64,000 bases of DNA. Origin: Eledone cirrhosa. Lineage: Eukaryota. The notes under the pieces were generated by a model. The model was not told the origin of the DNA. It searched no databases and worked only from the letters and a program-made list of their open reading frames with translations. Location of the stretch: assembly GCA_964016885.1 (NCBI GenBank), contig OZ024749.1, positions 55,056,001-55,120,000 on the forward strand, written 5' to 3'. Shown here piece by piece: positions 13,789 through 28,055 of this stretch (its first letter is position 1; each line of letters starts with the position of its first letter). The position numbers and the translations under genes are program-made.

Positions 13789-14418
13789 TTGTATAGGAGC
13801 AAATTTTGGAATAGAATAGAAAGAACTAGGAACAAGGCCAATAGAATAAACTCATGGTATGATAGCAATAAATACCAGAGTGTAATGTTCATCGAAACAA
13901 CCCCTAGAGGTGAATTAGCTTACACATTTAGAAGGGCCCTAGATAAACATAAACTCAATATTAAGATAGTAGAAAGACCAGGTACCACCATAAAAACACT
14001 TATTAGCAAGACATACACTTTTCAAAGACCTCCCTGTATAGATAAGAAATGTATAATCTGTAAATTAAGCCCCCATATTAACTGTAAAACTAGAAATGTA
14101 GTATATAGCATAAGATGTACTGAAGGACAATATAGAGATAAAAATATAGTGTACATAGGTGAGACAGCTCGTAGTATAGGGGAACGGATAAATGAACACT
14201 GGCGAGACCTTCAAGATAGTAAAGAATCATCTGTACTCTACCAACATGCTAAAATAGAACATAAGGGTAAATTAGAGAACATAGAAATAAAAATAGAATC
14301 TACACACAGAAAAGACGCAATGTTTAGACAAATCACAGGGGCAATAAACATAAATGAATTACAACCAAAATTAAATAGAAAACATGAGTGGAACAGCAAC
14401 ATCACAACTTACAATTAA
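13789..14418 (+). pseudogene. C-terminal part of a Penelope-like retroelement ORF (Cys-rich linker plus GIY-YIG endonuclease), 5'-truncated
   Basis: Open for 209 codons. It contains the linker 'CIDKKCIIC...HINC' and the GIY-YIG motifs 'NVVYSIRC' ... 'YIGETARSIGERINEH' ... 'RQITGAININELQPKLN'. It starts abruptly at a (TA)n array with no RT domain, so the listed start is not a real start codon. Confidence 0.88.
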
Positions 14419-14822
14419 GGACAAAATTAAAACACACACGCACATAGAACAAACAACCAACCAGTAACATGTAAATAAACAAATAAATAAACGAATATAA
14501 ACTCACACAGACACCCGGATGTAACATGCGCAAACTAAGCACACAACACACACACACAAAAACAAGATGGCGTAGGACAGAACAAAGGAGAGGCACAAAA
14601 AACAAAAAAAAAACAAAGAAAAGAATCCCCAGTCACTGAAGAGGTCACAGAATGTGTGACGAAAGAACTTTGACAATATATAAACAACCATCTGGTTGTG
14701 GAACCAACCAACCAACCAACCGGAAATTTATCAATCCCTTAATTTATAAATTTATTATAACAAATTGAAGTGAAAGCAACAGGTGCGTGTGTTTCTTATT
14801 GGTAACATGACCCTCCCAAAGT
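13790..14822 (+). mobile_element. 5'-truncated Penelope-like element (GIY-YIG ORF, 3' UTR with HHR) between (TA)n arrays
   Basis: The ORF above is followed about 210 nt downstream by an HHR-like motif. TA-rich arrays flank both sides. Confidence 0.8.
14632..14674 (+). ncRNA. Minimal type I hammerhead-like motif in the PLE 3' region
   Basis: gtca-CTGAAGA-g-gtcaca(gaatg)tgtgac-GAAA-gaac-TT-tgac. Stem I is gtca/tgac, stem II is 6 bp, and there is one extra purine after the CUGANGA box. Confidence 0.65.
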
Positions 14823-15099
14823 ATAAATATATATATATATATATATGAAAACAGGGAGAAAGAGACGATTATGAGGAAGAAAAAATTTTTTTTTTCCTTT
14901 TTTGTTTCTCACTTTTTTCTGGGTTAGAAAATGATTAAAACGAGATGTTTTACTTTGTGTGATGTGTTAAGGTATTAGTTGATTTATTTATTATTTAACA
15001 ATGGCATTTATTTATTTATTTATATATTTAATTATTGTCTATTACCGGTTTCAGCATTTATATGCATTATCAAATGATAGTGAAATGTATTAGTCTGAA

Positions 15100-15130
<31 letters not shown>

Positions 15131-15358
15131 TACACACAGAGGTATCCACAGTAAGTTGTGGGGTCTATTCTGCATGAAGAACTCGAAACAGCTGGTGATA
15201 TGTATGTAAGTAAATATTCTCTTTATCTGATATTTTGTAACTAACCTTACATAGATCAATAACGGAGTATAGCTACAATGTATTATCATCATCTAGAAAC
15301 GATCGTAAAGCAGTGAAATATATCTCTAATGACTTGATTTTTTATTTCATTGTTTTAA

Positions 15359-15418
<60 letters not shown>

Positions 15419-15768
15419 AGTGTACAATTTAATGTATAGTCTCATGGATTCATGGGATCTCCCTAACTTCCGACCGGTGTAAAAATATAAAAAAACTGAA
15501 GGGAAGATAAATCAATGACTAAACATTTTTTAGGATATTTCATGAATGGGTTTATTGTCAGAGTATATTGTTGTAAGCTTTGGCATTCTCTTCTTTATCT
15601 CTGGGAGTTTCTAAAGGAATATTCTGGATAATTTCCCTGCAGATTCAGCCTGTTGCTTAATTCATGCAATCTATATATTGTCTATATATACACTGCATGT
15701 AGAAGAGAAATACAAAATCTTAAACAATATATCAGACGGAATTGATGATTTAAATAAAGATATGTGGT

Positions 15769-15812
<44 letters not shown>

Positions 15813-15943
15813 TCCCCCCACATACTCTCTTCCACACACTCACACTCTCTCTCACAATCCCCCCACACATACTCTCTCTCCCACACATACACCCTCGCTC
15901 TCTCACACACACAATCTTCCTCCCTCTCTCTTACATACACACC

Positions 15944-15988
<45 letters not shown>

Positions 15989-16286
15989 ATGTAGTCACCT
16001 ATCGTGGGAGAGTAATTATATATGTATGAACGTACAGATGCATGCAAGTATGGTATGTATATATGTATGTGTGTATGTATGTATGAATATATATATGTGT
16101 GTGTGTATGTTTAGTTTCTATCGCATGCTGGACCATTGTCATAATGAGGCTCATGAGACATTAGCAGAGGAAGGGGTGGAATATTGTGAAGATGAGTAGG
16201 AGGATCTGTTATGATGACGATGATGATGATGGTGATGATGGTGGTGATGATGGTGATGATGACGATGATGATGATAATGATGATGG

Positions 16287-16317
<31 letters not shown>

Positions 16318-16367
16318 GATGATGAAATTGATGATGATAAATTTATTGTTTTAATCTCATTATCTCT

Positions 16368-16560
16368 GGTGAATTGGCAGTATCGGTAGAGGGTTGGACG
16401 CCATGTTTTGACGCATAGAGTTACGCCCCTTGCCATTCTGTGTTCAAATTCCGCCGAGGTTAACTTTGCCTTTCATCCTTATGGGGTCGATAAAATAAAG
16501 TACCAGTAATACACTGGCTAATTACTGGCCTTGTGCCAAAAGTAGAAACAATTATTATTA
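16368..16560 (+). mobile_element. Major SINE family, near full-length
   Basis: A-box-like tggcagtatcgg, B-box-like gtgttcaaatt, the conserved core and an (att)n tail. Confidence 0.85.
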
Positions 16561-16977
16561 TTAAATAAACAATAACTAAATGATAAATGAATAAATAAAA
16601 TTATTATTATTATTATTATTATTACTATTATTATTATTATTGTGCCTAAATCAGAAACCATTATTATTATTATTACATCATTTGCTTTTGCGATTTTGGT
16701 TAGTTTTTCGTTGTTTTAGTTTTGTTGTTTTTGTATATCATTGAAATGTTTTGCTTCTTAATTGCCTCTCTCTTCATTTATATCAAAATTATTTTCTTTA
16801 TCTTAAAACTTCTAGATACTCTAGTTGCCATGTTCTATATCTTCCTTTCTACCAGTTTTCAATCATTTTATCTGTTTCTGTTCCCTTGGTAGGTTTTATA
16901 TATATTTATTTTGATTAAAGGAGCGTTGTTTTTATACCCAGCTACACAGCTCCTACTGGAAAGACTATCTGTTATTA

Positions 16978-17014
<37 letters not shown>

Positions 17015-17053
17015 CACACACATACATATATATATATATACACACACACATAC

Positions 17054-17086
<33 letters not shown>

Positions 17087-17108
17087 CACACACATACATA
17101 TATATATT

Positions 17109-17214
<106 letters not shown>

Positions 17215-17365
17215 CATACATATATATATTTATATATATATATATATACACATACATATATATATGTTTATATATATATATATATACATATACACACACA
17301 CACATATATATATATATATGTATACACATACATATATATATTTTTATATATATATATATACACAT

Positions 17366-17404
<39 letters not shown>

Positions 17405-17413
17405 TATATATCA

Positions 17414-17466
<53 letters not shown>

Positions 17467-17855
17467 TATATATTCATACATATATACATATGCGTGGGTC
17501 CCCAAGATTTCAAGTTCATAGATTCGCTATAATGTATATTCTATGTTCGACTCAAGAGATTAGTAGGGAGGAAATAAAATATTTACAGCACTAGGGTCCT
17601 GAAAAAAAGATGTCTTATGACATCCCCATCAATAGCAGTTTCATTGGAAATTCCCTCTGCTATGAATTAGTTATATATTTCATTGATAAGATGACATTTC
17701 TTCAAGACTCGAGGGACTAAAACCTGTCTAAGTTTCATCTTCACAAATCATTCCATTTCCACATTTTACTGGTCTCCCGGATTTTATGTTCCCTATAACA
17801 TTCTCATATATTTATATTATATATATATCTACATAGGTATATAATATATATATAA

Positions 17856-17888
<33 letters not shown>

Positions 17889-17958
17889 AACAGATTTGTA
17901 TATATATATATATATATATATACATATATATATACAAATCTGTATATATAATTAAATC

Positions 17959-18020
<62 letters not shown>

Positions 18021-18084
18021 TTTGTATATATATATATATATATATATACATATATATATACAAATCTGTATATATAATTAAATC

Positions 18085-18132
<48 letters not shown>

Positions 18133-18487
18133 AGCTGTCTTGTCTTAGAATGTATACCTCCTTAACTATGTATTTACACGCGTATTTGTGTCCTTCATTG
18201 TCCAAATCACACAGTTCTGTGAAAAAGTAGATTCGAGCCTTGCATATTATTCAAATAAGGGTTCGGCTCCTTAAATTAAACAAATAATAATTAAGTAACT
18301 ACTGTCGTATTATTTAACCAGAGAAAATTAATGCCTGAGACAAGAAATCATGATAGGTTGCTTCTTACATGTACTATGTACACTCTATAATATGGGTTTT
18401 AACCTAAAACAACTTAAATAGAATTTCATACGCATAATATATTACGTCACATGATGTTTGCTGTCCGCTGTACGATATAATTAATGG

Positions 18488-18545
<58 letters not shown>

Positions 18546-19184
18546 TAGTTATAGTTCACCAAGCAACATAGCATGCATTTATAGTCACTAGATGTTTCAA
18601 TGTTTATATTGTGTGAACAAAGATCTAATTAGCTGACGTATTTGGATGGAATAGAAATTTTGCACTCTATTCACTATGAGACATTCTCTGCGTACTTTAT
18701 ATTATTCATCCTATAAATGTGAATGTCTGCTTTATCTCTTCCTCATATGATCACGGTCATACGCTTTGTGAATCTCTTATATGACATTATATTACTTCAC
18801 AATTGTGTAAAAGATTTATGCATTCTCGTTGATGTAAAAGCGGGGATCTGTGTAGCTGAAACATATTACTTATACTAGTTATATTTCCACTAATTTATTT
18901 CTTGGTTTTATTTGTTGATTTCTTTGTTTGTTTATTTATTTGTTTGTTTTAATGTCAATTAAGAGAAACGGGGAAACAGATGGCATAATGAATAGGCAAG
19001 ACGGACTTCCGGCGTTAATGTCGAAATATCATATTTCATCATTGCTATTGTGCAGTGAATATGGTAACGGTACTTGATGAGTTGTTGCTGTTGTTATTGT
19101 CGTCGTTGTTGTTGTTGCTAGTGTTATTAGTGTTGTTGATGTTGATATTGATGTTGTTGTTGTTTTTATTTTGTTGGTGTTGTG

Positions 19185-19345
19185 GACGTAGAATAGCCAA
19201 ATGGTTAAGGCCCTAGCTTTGCAATCATTATGTCTCAGGTTCAATCTCACTATCTGTCATATTCGACAACTATCATTTACCATTGCTAAATTGTTCCTGT
19301 GCTTTTTTAGTGAATTTGCCCAGATGGAAACTGTTTGAAAGATCG
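19185..19345 (+). mobile_element. Old tRNA-headed SINE-like copy
   Basis: tagccaaatggttaagg (A-box-like) ... caggttcaatctc (B-box-like) ... gtgaatttgcccagatggaaactg. Confidence 0.45.
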
Positions 19346-19642
19346 TTAGCTGGAGTTTACCTCTAATTCAAAGGGCTAGCCCTGAACACGAAGGGACTCC
19401 ATTCCACTCTCTCTCTATCTCTCTATCTCTCTCAATCTCTGTAAATATATATATATATATGTGTGTGTGTGTGTTTTTGTGTGTGCGTGTGTACGTGTGT
19501 GTGTGTGTCTGTTTGCTTGACATTCTGTTTGACAGAAACCAGGCAGATTGGCAGAGAGGCAATGTGTCTATATTACACACATACACAATCACACGCAAAC
19601 ACACATATATATATCTTCATACATCTATATGTACGCGACGCA

Positions 19643-19715
<73 letters not shown>

Positions 19716-20636
19716 TTATCCAGGGTTTAACTTGGAGGCGGGGGGGGGGGGGGGGGGGGGCTACACGCTAGTTGATGTTTTCAGTTTCTTATTTGCCGAC
19801 GATAGAAAAACATATTTTCCCCGTAACTGTAAACTATTGAGAACTCCCTATCGAATAACTTGCACGCTACACAATAACGTCTTCCCAATTATATGAAATA
19901 TATTTCCCTTATATCGATGATCACTTGCATTTTTAATGTTTATTAAAAGAAATTGCACTAACCACTTTTTTTAGAGCCACGGAATGAATCAGCAAGACAT
20001 GAACATTAATAGCTGAGCAAAACAATTTCTGTACTTGTTTTGCAGTAAATATTAATATAGTTCAACGGATCCTATCTTAGTATGGTTGGTAAAGCTTCGT
20101 TGACAATAACATACACATTTATTATTACCAAAGTTGTTTACAAGCAACTAAATTCATTTAGTGCTAATATACGAAACCGCAGACTTAGTAAAAAAATACA
20201 AGCACACACATATATACTTACAAAAGCACACACAGACAACAGGCTCTTTTCCGTATACACTTACTCACACACACGTATGCACACACCTAGGCAGTCGCAT
20301 TAGATAAACAACCTCACTTTCGCATATAATATTTCACATAGATGTAAACTTACGCAAACATATAGATTCGTAGATATGTGTTCATTTATACCCGCAAAAT
20401 ATCCGCATATCCGTACACATAATCACAAGCAGACACACGCATTCATTTCTCTTCACAGACATTGACACACACATGCGCAAATTAGTTCCCCCATCACATA
20501 CGTGCACACACACACACACACTCACACACCTACTCGCGTATACAGCATATAGACATACACTTATACATACATATACACAAACATACATGTATAATAAACA
20601 CATATATATATATACATACAAACACATATACAAACA

Positions 20637-20678
<42 letters not shown>

Positions 20679-20773
20679 TAGAGATATATAATATATATAT
20701 CCACCATATGAAACCCGAACGGCACCAATTCCCACTGCAAACACAAATATACATACATACACAGACACACACG

Positions 20774-20894
<121 letters not shown>

Positions 20895-21368
20895 CATTCA
20901 TACATACGTACATACATACATGCGTACATTCATACGTACGTACATACATACATGCGTACACACACATATATATATATACATACATATATACAAACGTACA
21001 TATTTACATACATTCGTACATATATATATATATATATATATATACATACTTACATACACACTCAAAAATACATACATTCATACATACATAGACACAGACA
21101 GACAGACATATATCCACCAAGTGAAGCCCCCACGGCCCTAATTCACACTGCAAACACAAATATAAGTGTTGACAACAATTACACCTGTTTGACTCCTTAT
21201 AATGGAGCCCCTCTACTGAGAGGAAAGCAGGTGCTCGCTGTCTCTTCTCTGCAAAATATACTGACGCACGCAACTAATATACAAATATAGTACTACTACA
21301 AGCAACAGCAACAGTAGTAGTTGGAGGAGGTGCAGTAGTTGTATTGTTAGTAGTAGAGGTAGTAGTAA

Positions 21369-21421
<53 letters not shown>

Positions 21422-21727
21422 TTAGTGTTAGTTGTAGTTGTAGTGTTGCTGGTAGTTTTAGTATTATTATTTACATATTTTGAGATAAGATATATTCTTC
21501 CAATTGACTTAACTATCACACCTCCAGAAACACATAATGAAATCAGTTAACTTGAGGCCATTTAGATGCTACCAGCCGCCAATATTATCTGTTAGACCAC
21601 TATATATAAATACACCTGAACAACAATACATGTAACTTAACTTTATAGAAAATAGTCAACTATATACACACCCTCTCACACATTCTCACCTTCCCTACCA
21701 CAGACTCTGACGCAAATATAATATATA

Positions 21728-21906
21728 ACTGTTTCTACTTTGGGTACAATGCCAGCAATTATCCCAGTACATTACTGGTACTTTATTATAATATATACTG
21801 TTTCTACTTTGGGCACAATGCCAGAAAATACCCAGTACATTACTGGTACTTTATTTTATCGACCCCGTAAGGATGAAAGGCAAAGTCAACCTCGGCGGGA
21901 TTTGAA
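21728..21906 (-). mobile_element. Major SINE 3' half with a tandemly duplicated 3' end
   Basis: The ~60-nt end segment occurs at 21728-21788 and again from 21798. Confidence 0.8.
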
Positions 21907-22071
21907 TATAGTAATAATAAATACAAATACCAATCCAAAGAGGGCTCGTTGAGGATTGTATATATATATGTATAAGAATATATAAACCTGTAGAGAAAAT
22001 ATTTATTATTAGTACAGATTAAATTAAGGCCAAAGCAGTAATTCTTCGCTTAAACTTTAATTTTTACTACC

Positions 22072-22148
<77 letters not shown>

Positions 22149-22169
22149 ATATATATATATATATGTATG

Positions 22170-22226
<57 letters not shown>

Positions 22227-22231
22227 GTATG

Positions 22232-22264
<33 letters not shown>

Positions 22265-22329
22265 ATATATATATATATATGTATGTATATATATATATAT
22301 ATATGTATGTATATATATATATATATATG

Positions 22330-22434
<105 letters not shown>

Positions 22435-22484
22435 ATTATAAAATGACAGGAGGCTGGACTTGTGTAATTCCTTAAATATTTATT

Positions 22485-22542
22485 ATACTATGAACATTTC
22501 AATGACCGGGTTCAGTATGAATACGGTGACATCATCAGGTAT
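22485..22542 (-). ncRNA. Hammerhead-like motif with an extended stem II
   Basis: The reverse complement reads atac-CTGATGA-tgtcaccg...cggtcatt-GAAA-tg(tt)ca-TA-gtat. Stem I (atac/gtat) and stem III pair; stem II is bulged. Confidence 0.6.
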
Positions 22543-22619
22543 TCCGAAATTTGTCCAACAAAGGAATATATATAACACAATGTAATATTATATTACATTG
22601 TGTTATATATAATTCCTGC

Positions 22620-23021
22620 TCTATATAACCACCTTTGTTTAGCTTTAGGTTAGTTGCTTTGGACTATATTTGTAATATGGTTCTTAATGTTATATACATC
22701 CTTAGTTATTCTTATTATATATTTTTATTATTTTTATTTTTATTATATATTTTTCAAGACTTTAGTGTATGTACACTCCATATTCTTCGGAGCTTCCGGC
22801 TTGTATCTGCCGATATTACTTCTTGTTGTTTTAATTGCCCTGATGAGTCCTTAATAGGACGAAACATTGTCGGCTAATAAAAACTTTTGATGTATTAAAG
22901 GCTTCTTTGTTTTACTCTCTTAATTTTTTGGCTCTGTTTAACTGCATTGAGCTATACCTTTTACTGTCATTTCTATAATACGAAGAGGGTGTTTAACTCC
23001 AACACGCTCCAGTATTTTAAT

Positions 23022-23026
<5 letters not shown>
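22620..23026 (+). mobile_element. Non-autonomous HHR element (family A), colinear copy ending in (TA)n
   Basis: Contains the canonical HHR and shares its 3' ~240 nt with the 3433 copy. The 5' boundary is approximate. Confidence 0.75.
22837..22874 (+). ncRNA. Minimal type I hammerhead ribozyme with canonical core
   Basis: gcc-CTGATGA-gtcct(taat)aggac-GAAA-c(att)g-TC-ggc. All core nucleotides are present, with a GUC cleavage triplet, 5-bp stem II and minimal stem III. AATAAA follows shortly after. Confidence 0.88.
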
Positions 23027-23095
<69 letters not shown>

Positions 23096-24117
23096 GTACA
23101 GTGGGGTATTAAACAAATGATCGTATGGTCATGAGTTTAATACCCGGCTATACGTTTTATTCCAGAGCAAGTAACTTTATTTCACATTGCTCCATTCGGC
23201 ACAGTTTAAGCCACTACGCTTAACATATTAATATTATTACATACTAACAGACATCACTTGCAAAGTTTGACATCCTGTGAAAGAATACGAAGCATATTCT
23301 GATACAATGGCTATGTAGCTGTATAGTGGCAACAGACCAAAAATGTAGGTTGGGGTTTCAGATATGTTACATTTAAAATATCAACATTACATGTCTAGTA
23401 TTTGTTTTATCGACCCTGGAGGCATAAAAACAACGTGTTCTCCGGTGGGATTATATATGCAGAATCTATAAGCACTGGTCTAAATATTGCTATACATTCT
23501 ATTCCAACGTCCTACTGTTACCATCACTAAACCGCCATGTATTACCAACCTGATATTTTTGACATTTAAATGTTGTTGTACGTAAATATGTAACACAATA
23601 TAATATTATACATAAATATTGTATATTGAATAAGATTATTGAAAATGAAATTGAAACAAATGGGGAAAGTATTGTTACCCACAGGAATTCCAATATTCTC
23701 TCTACAGTTCCATGATAAAATCGACATGCTATGTTTCTTATTAAACATTAATGTATTCTGGCGAGGGTGTCGCTGTGTTGCGTCGTAGAATTGTCGAATG
23801 CTACAACTCAGGGCTCCAATTTAAAACTTCGCTCATGATGAAAATAATAATAATAACGATAATAATAATAATAATATGATCTCTGAATTGCCTTGTTACT
23901 GGTTAAATGAAATAATATAATAATTGATAGAAATAGTGATTTATATTTAAGTTCATGCCTGATCGAATATTTTACACACTCTGGAATTCTGGTTGAAATA
24001 CCTTTATTTAGATCACTAATAATGTAAAACTATGACCAGAATTCGAAGATTAGCTGGGTAGCTAAAATGACAGAACTTCAACGTCAATATTTCGTATCCC
24101 GTGGAAGGTGTTATGAG

Positions 24118-24350
24118 TGAGGATGCGTGACCTTGTGGTGTGTGAACTTACAATCATAATGTCGTGTGTTCGATATCTAGATTGGGTTGTGTGTTCTGGT
24201 CTTGGTCAAAACACTTCATAGCACTTTTCTCTGAATGAGTACCAGCAGCAGTAGCTGGGAATTTAACCCTGTGATGGACTGGTGTCATATCCATGTACTC
24301 CCAGTCGATTAATAAGCACTGGTCAGAAGGGCCTTCGGGCTCGGGTCAGA
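24118..24350 (+). mobile_element. Different tRNA-derived SINE (V-SINE-like), old copy; a related fragment may lie near 23110-23205
   Basis: A/B-box-like gtgaccttgtggt...gtgttcgatatc, followed by aaccctgtgatggactggtgtc, which resembles the V-domain motif. The family assignment is from recall. Confidence 0.5.
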
Positions 24351-25718
24351 TTCAGACTTTTAGGCTGGCGTTAGGATGCCTTCTATGAATATGAAGTTTA
24401 AATGAAGCAAATTCTTCCTGTCTGTTTGGAAAATAAATTTTCTTCTGAATGTCTGTAATTCTTTCCCGATTCGCGTTGCAAGTTTTCCAGTTAATATTGA
24501 CTTACATATTTTCAAACAGAATGTTAGTTAACAACATCGATCCCATCAGCCTGCAAGGTCATTGATTGGGCTCTTTCTGCTCTGATTATCTAGTAAAAGA
24601 AATCAACACCATTGGTTCCGTTTATCGGGTCTGTATATTTTTGATTATCAGTGGAGACATATGTGATTTTCAATTTCCCCCAAACCATACGTTACAGACT
24701 GGGCTTATACGGGAATTATAAGACTAGAGATGGATAAACTGCAGTGGACTTCCCAAGACGAGTTATTAGGAAGACGAAAACTTAAAAGGTGAAACAACAT
24801 CATATTAGGGTCACAAATCAATTTAATTTCCGAAATACATAAACCATATGAACGCTGCTCAATTCCAATACATTATATCTGAAGAAACAAGAATATTGCC
24901 TTTATTGAAATACGATTGATCCTATGTGGAGCATACTATATTATATCAATGGTATAATAAGCAAGACTATCCTACGTTTATTTTTAATATTTTTCAGACA
25001 TAATTAATGGGGGGGGGGGGTGCTAAACAAACAACAACAACTCTTAAAACTGGGATAGGTGAAATTATCTGACAAAAATATGTCATGGTGTTGATGTTAT
25101 TTCAAAAGTAGCACATTATCACGTGATAATACTTAACACATTTCATTGGCCTACATTCCATCCTTACCGAAACCAACGCCTCCACAGGCACAAACATATG
25201 CGCACACAAAAATTCAAGCGCACACTCAAGCACACACACATATCCAAACTCATACACATACTTAGTGTCTGATGTCAATGTAATTTCTAAAAGCACGGCA
25301 CATTTGCAATTATTTGATCAGGTTTCAACGCCAGTCAACAGAGAGGATCATGGTTTACCTTCGGATGATGCTATTTAGGCGTGAGAACCAAGCAGGGAAA
25401 AAATTCGAAGGTCACAGAAAATTGTGTCAATTTGGTGAAAAGTAGCCATTGCAGAGAGTAAGTATAAAATAATAAAACGAAATTTACACACACGTACGAG
25501 TACAGTGACATACGCTAGCGAAAGGCAGATGTTATGAACAGACAAATAAATTGTCACATGTATATACAGTAATATGATTGATGAAACAAAATATTCATAA
25601 GAACTCATGTTGCTACGCATACTAAATAGTTTAATTCGTGTAGTCTTGAGATCACACATACACGCACGCTTGTGGATATATATATATGTGTGTGTGTGTA
25701 TATATCTGTGTATGTATA

Positions 25719-25757
<39 letters not shown>

Positions 25758-27024
25758 GTTAATTCCGGAGGAAAAGCAAAGGAAAAAAGCGTGCTCTGTG
25801 TATAGAACAGAGCTATTTAATTAGAAAGTGAACAACACAAAATATAACTACTCAATTACCAAAGGTTCCTGGATCACAGACAATGATAATATACAATTGG
25901 ATCGGTCGTCAGAGAGAGATGTTATATATATATTTATGGGATAAGTATATGTTATTGATAGTTTCGAATTTTGATTGAAATCGCTGGAGTATTTCTGCTT
26001 CTAGTTTATAATTTCTAACAGGCAAACAACTAGAATTGTTACGCTAGGAGTGAGTTAATTATTGATTCAATCGACCACAGTATGTTATTGATTCTAGTAG
26101 AAAAAATAAAATCTAATCCCCGCCTCTGATATCCTGACTTGTCCTTGAAAAAAAATAGATCTACTTTCCAACTGATTTAGTTAATAATTTTAATAAAATA
26201 AAAGCAAAAAGAAACAGAAAAACAAACAAAAAATAAGAGGCAAAGATCCCTTCCAGTATTAAACGGATTCCATATGAAATTTAATTTCAAATCAGATAAC
26301 CAAGAAAATCACAATTGGAATCAGCAAGAATGGTAATTTTAATTGTTTAATAACATAATATTTTCCTATTAGAAAATGAAGATTTGCAAAATGGTATTTA
26401 CACCTCTAAGAATTGTGTCAGAGTAAATGATTATATATCACCCCGTTATATTTGAGCTCATATTACTCAGTATTGATATTGATTTTACAAAATGATATAT
26501 GCGCTCTTTGAGATCTAATGTGTGAGAATTATATGATAAATGCAAATCTTGCTTCTAGATTATACAAGATTATATTATATAATCGAAATATATTTTAATT
26601 GGGTAAACAATATATTTCCGAAGATATTATCAATCTTTTGAATATTTCTCTGATAATAAATGTCTAGTTGATAGTAAAGGTGTTAAATGGAATTCAGTTT
26701 ATCCATTAGTCAACATGGATCTATAGACAGCATTATACAATTTACACTTTATTTGAAGTGTATGAAAATTTATTTGTTTTAACCTTAATCAGTGTAAAAT
26801 CTTAAATTTAAAGAAAATACGTACTACAGTTATTTGATAGTATTTAGTAATCCAGTTAACAGAATGACAATATATGCACACACATACATACATACATACA
26901 AACAAACATACATTCAATCATATATATGCATATATGTATATGGCTGTTTAAACTAGTAAGGCCATTGTTCTGTAGAGTACTGATATTTGAGATTGAACCC
27001 TACTCGCTACTATATATATATATG

Positions 27025-27055
<31 letters not shown>

Positions 27056-27057
27056 AT

Positions 27058-27113
<56 letters not shown>

Positions 27114-27120
27114 ATATATG

Positions 27121-27167
<47 letters not shown>

Positions 27168-27188
27168 ATATATATATATGTATATATG

Positions 27189-27340
<152 letters not shown>

Positions 27341-27421
27341 CAAGTTAATATAAATTAATATATTTGATAAACACAAATACCAACATATCCATGTTTGTAT
27401 TGTAAATGACTAAGTTAGCTA

Positions 27422-27474
<53 letters not shown>

Positions 27475-27596
27475 GACAAACATAGAATATTCGAAAATAT
27501 TCTGTATGTTTATAATAAACATTTTGAAGACCCAATCGCTATAGAATAGAATACGTCACGTATTACAATTTGGGATTCTCGATAAAAGCAAGGGAA

Positions 27597-27639
27597 GTAA
27601 CCTACGCGTTTCATTCTTATTAGAAATCATCAGGATTAC
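27597..27639 (-). ncRNA. Inverted copy of the 27853 hammerhead
   Basis: The reverse complement reads gtaatc-CTGATGA-t-ttct(aata)agaa-t-GAAA-cgcg-TA-ggttac. Stem II is better paired here than in the + copy. Confidence 0.78.
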
Positions 27640-27852
27640 ATATCCAATGCTTTCAAAATGTTTATTATAAACATACAGAATATTTTCGAATATTCTATGT
27701 TTGTCTTCACATATATATCGCTATCTCAGAGCATTATATCCAAATTCTAATTTCTGCCGGACCGGCTACCGCTCTTTCAAACCAGTTCCTGTACACAGCT
27801 AAGTATTCTATAAGTCTCTAGCTGTGTCATTCTCGATAAAAGCATTGGATAT

Positions 27853-27895
27853 GTAATCCTGATGATTTCTAATAAGTATGAAACGCGTAGGTTAC
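27853..27895 (+). ncRNA. Minimal type I hammerhead with palindromic stem III (ACGCGU)
   Basis: gtaatc-CTGATGA-tttctaataagtat-GAAA-cgcg-TA-ggttac. Stem I is 6 bp with one G-U pair. It is further enclosed by ttctcgataaaagca (27830-27844) pairing with tgcttttatcgagaa (27902-27916). Confidence 0.78.
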
Positions 27896-28055
27896 TTCCC
27901 TTGCTTTTATCGAGAATCCCAAATTGTAATACGTGACGTATTCTATTCTATAGCGATTGGGTCTTCAAAATGTTTATTATAAACATACAGAATATTTTCG
28001 AATATTCTATGTTTGTCTTCACATATATATCGCTATCTCAGAGCATTATATCCAA

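Noticed and set aside
24400-24720. Possible minus-strand RTE-like remnant
   Set aside because: There are only two vague motif echoes, not distinguishable from chance by eye.
25850-25918. Minus-strand CTGACGA followed by a loose stem
   Set aside because: There is no GAAA box (it reads GGAAC) and the stems are weak. At most it is a decayed relic.
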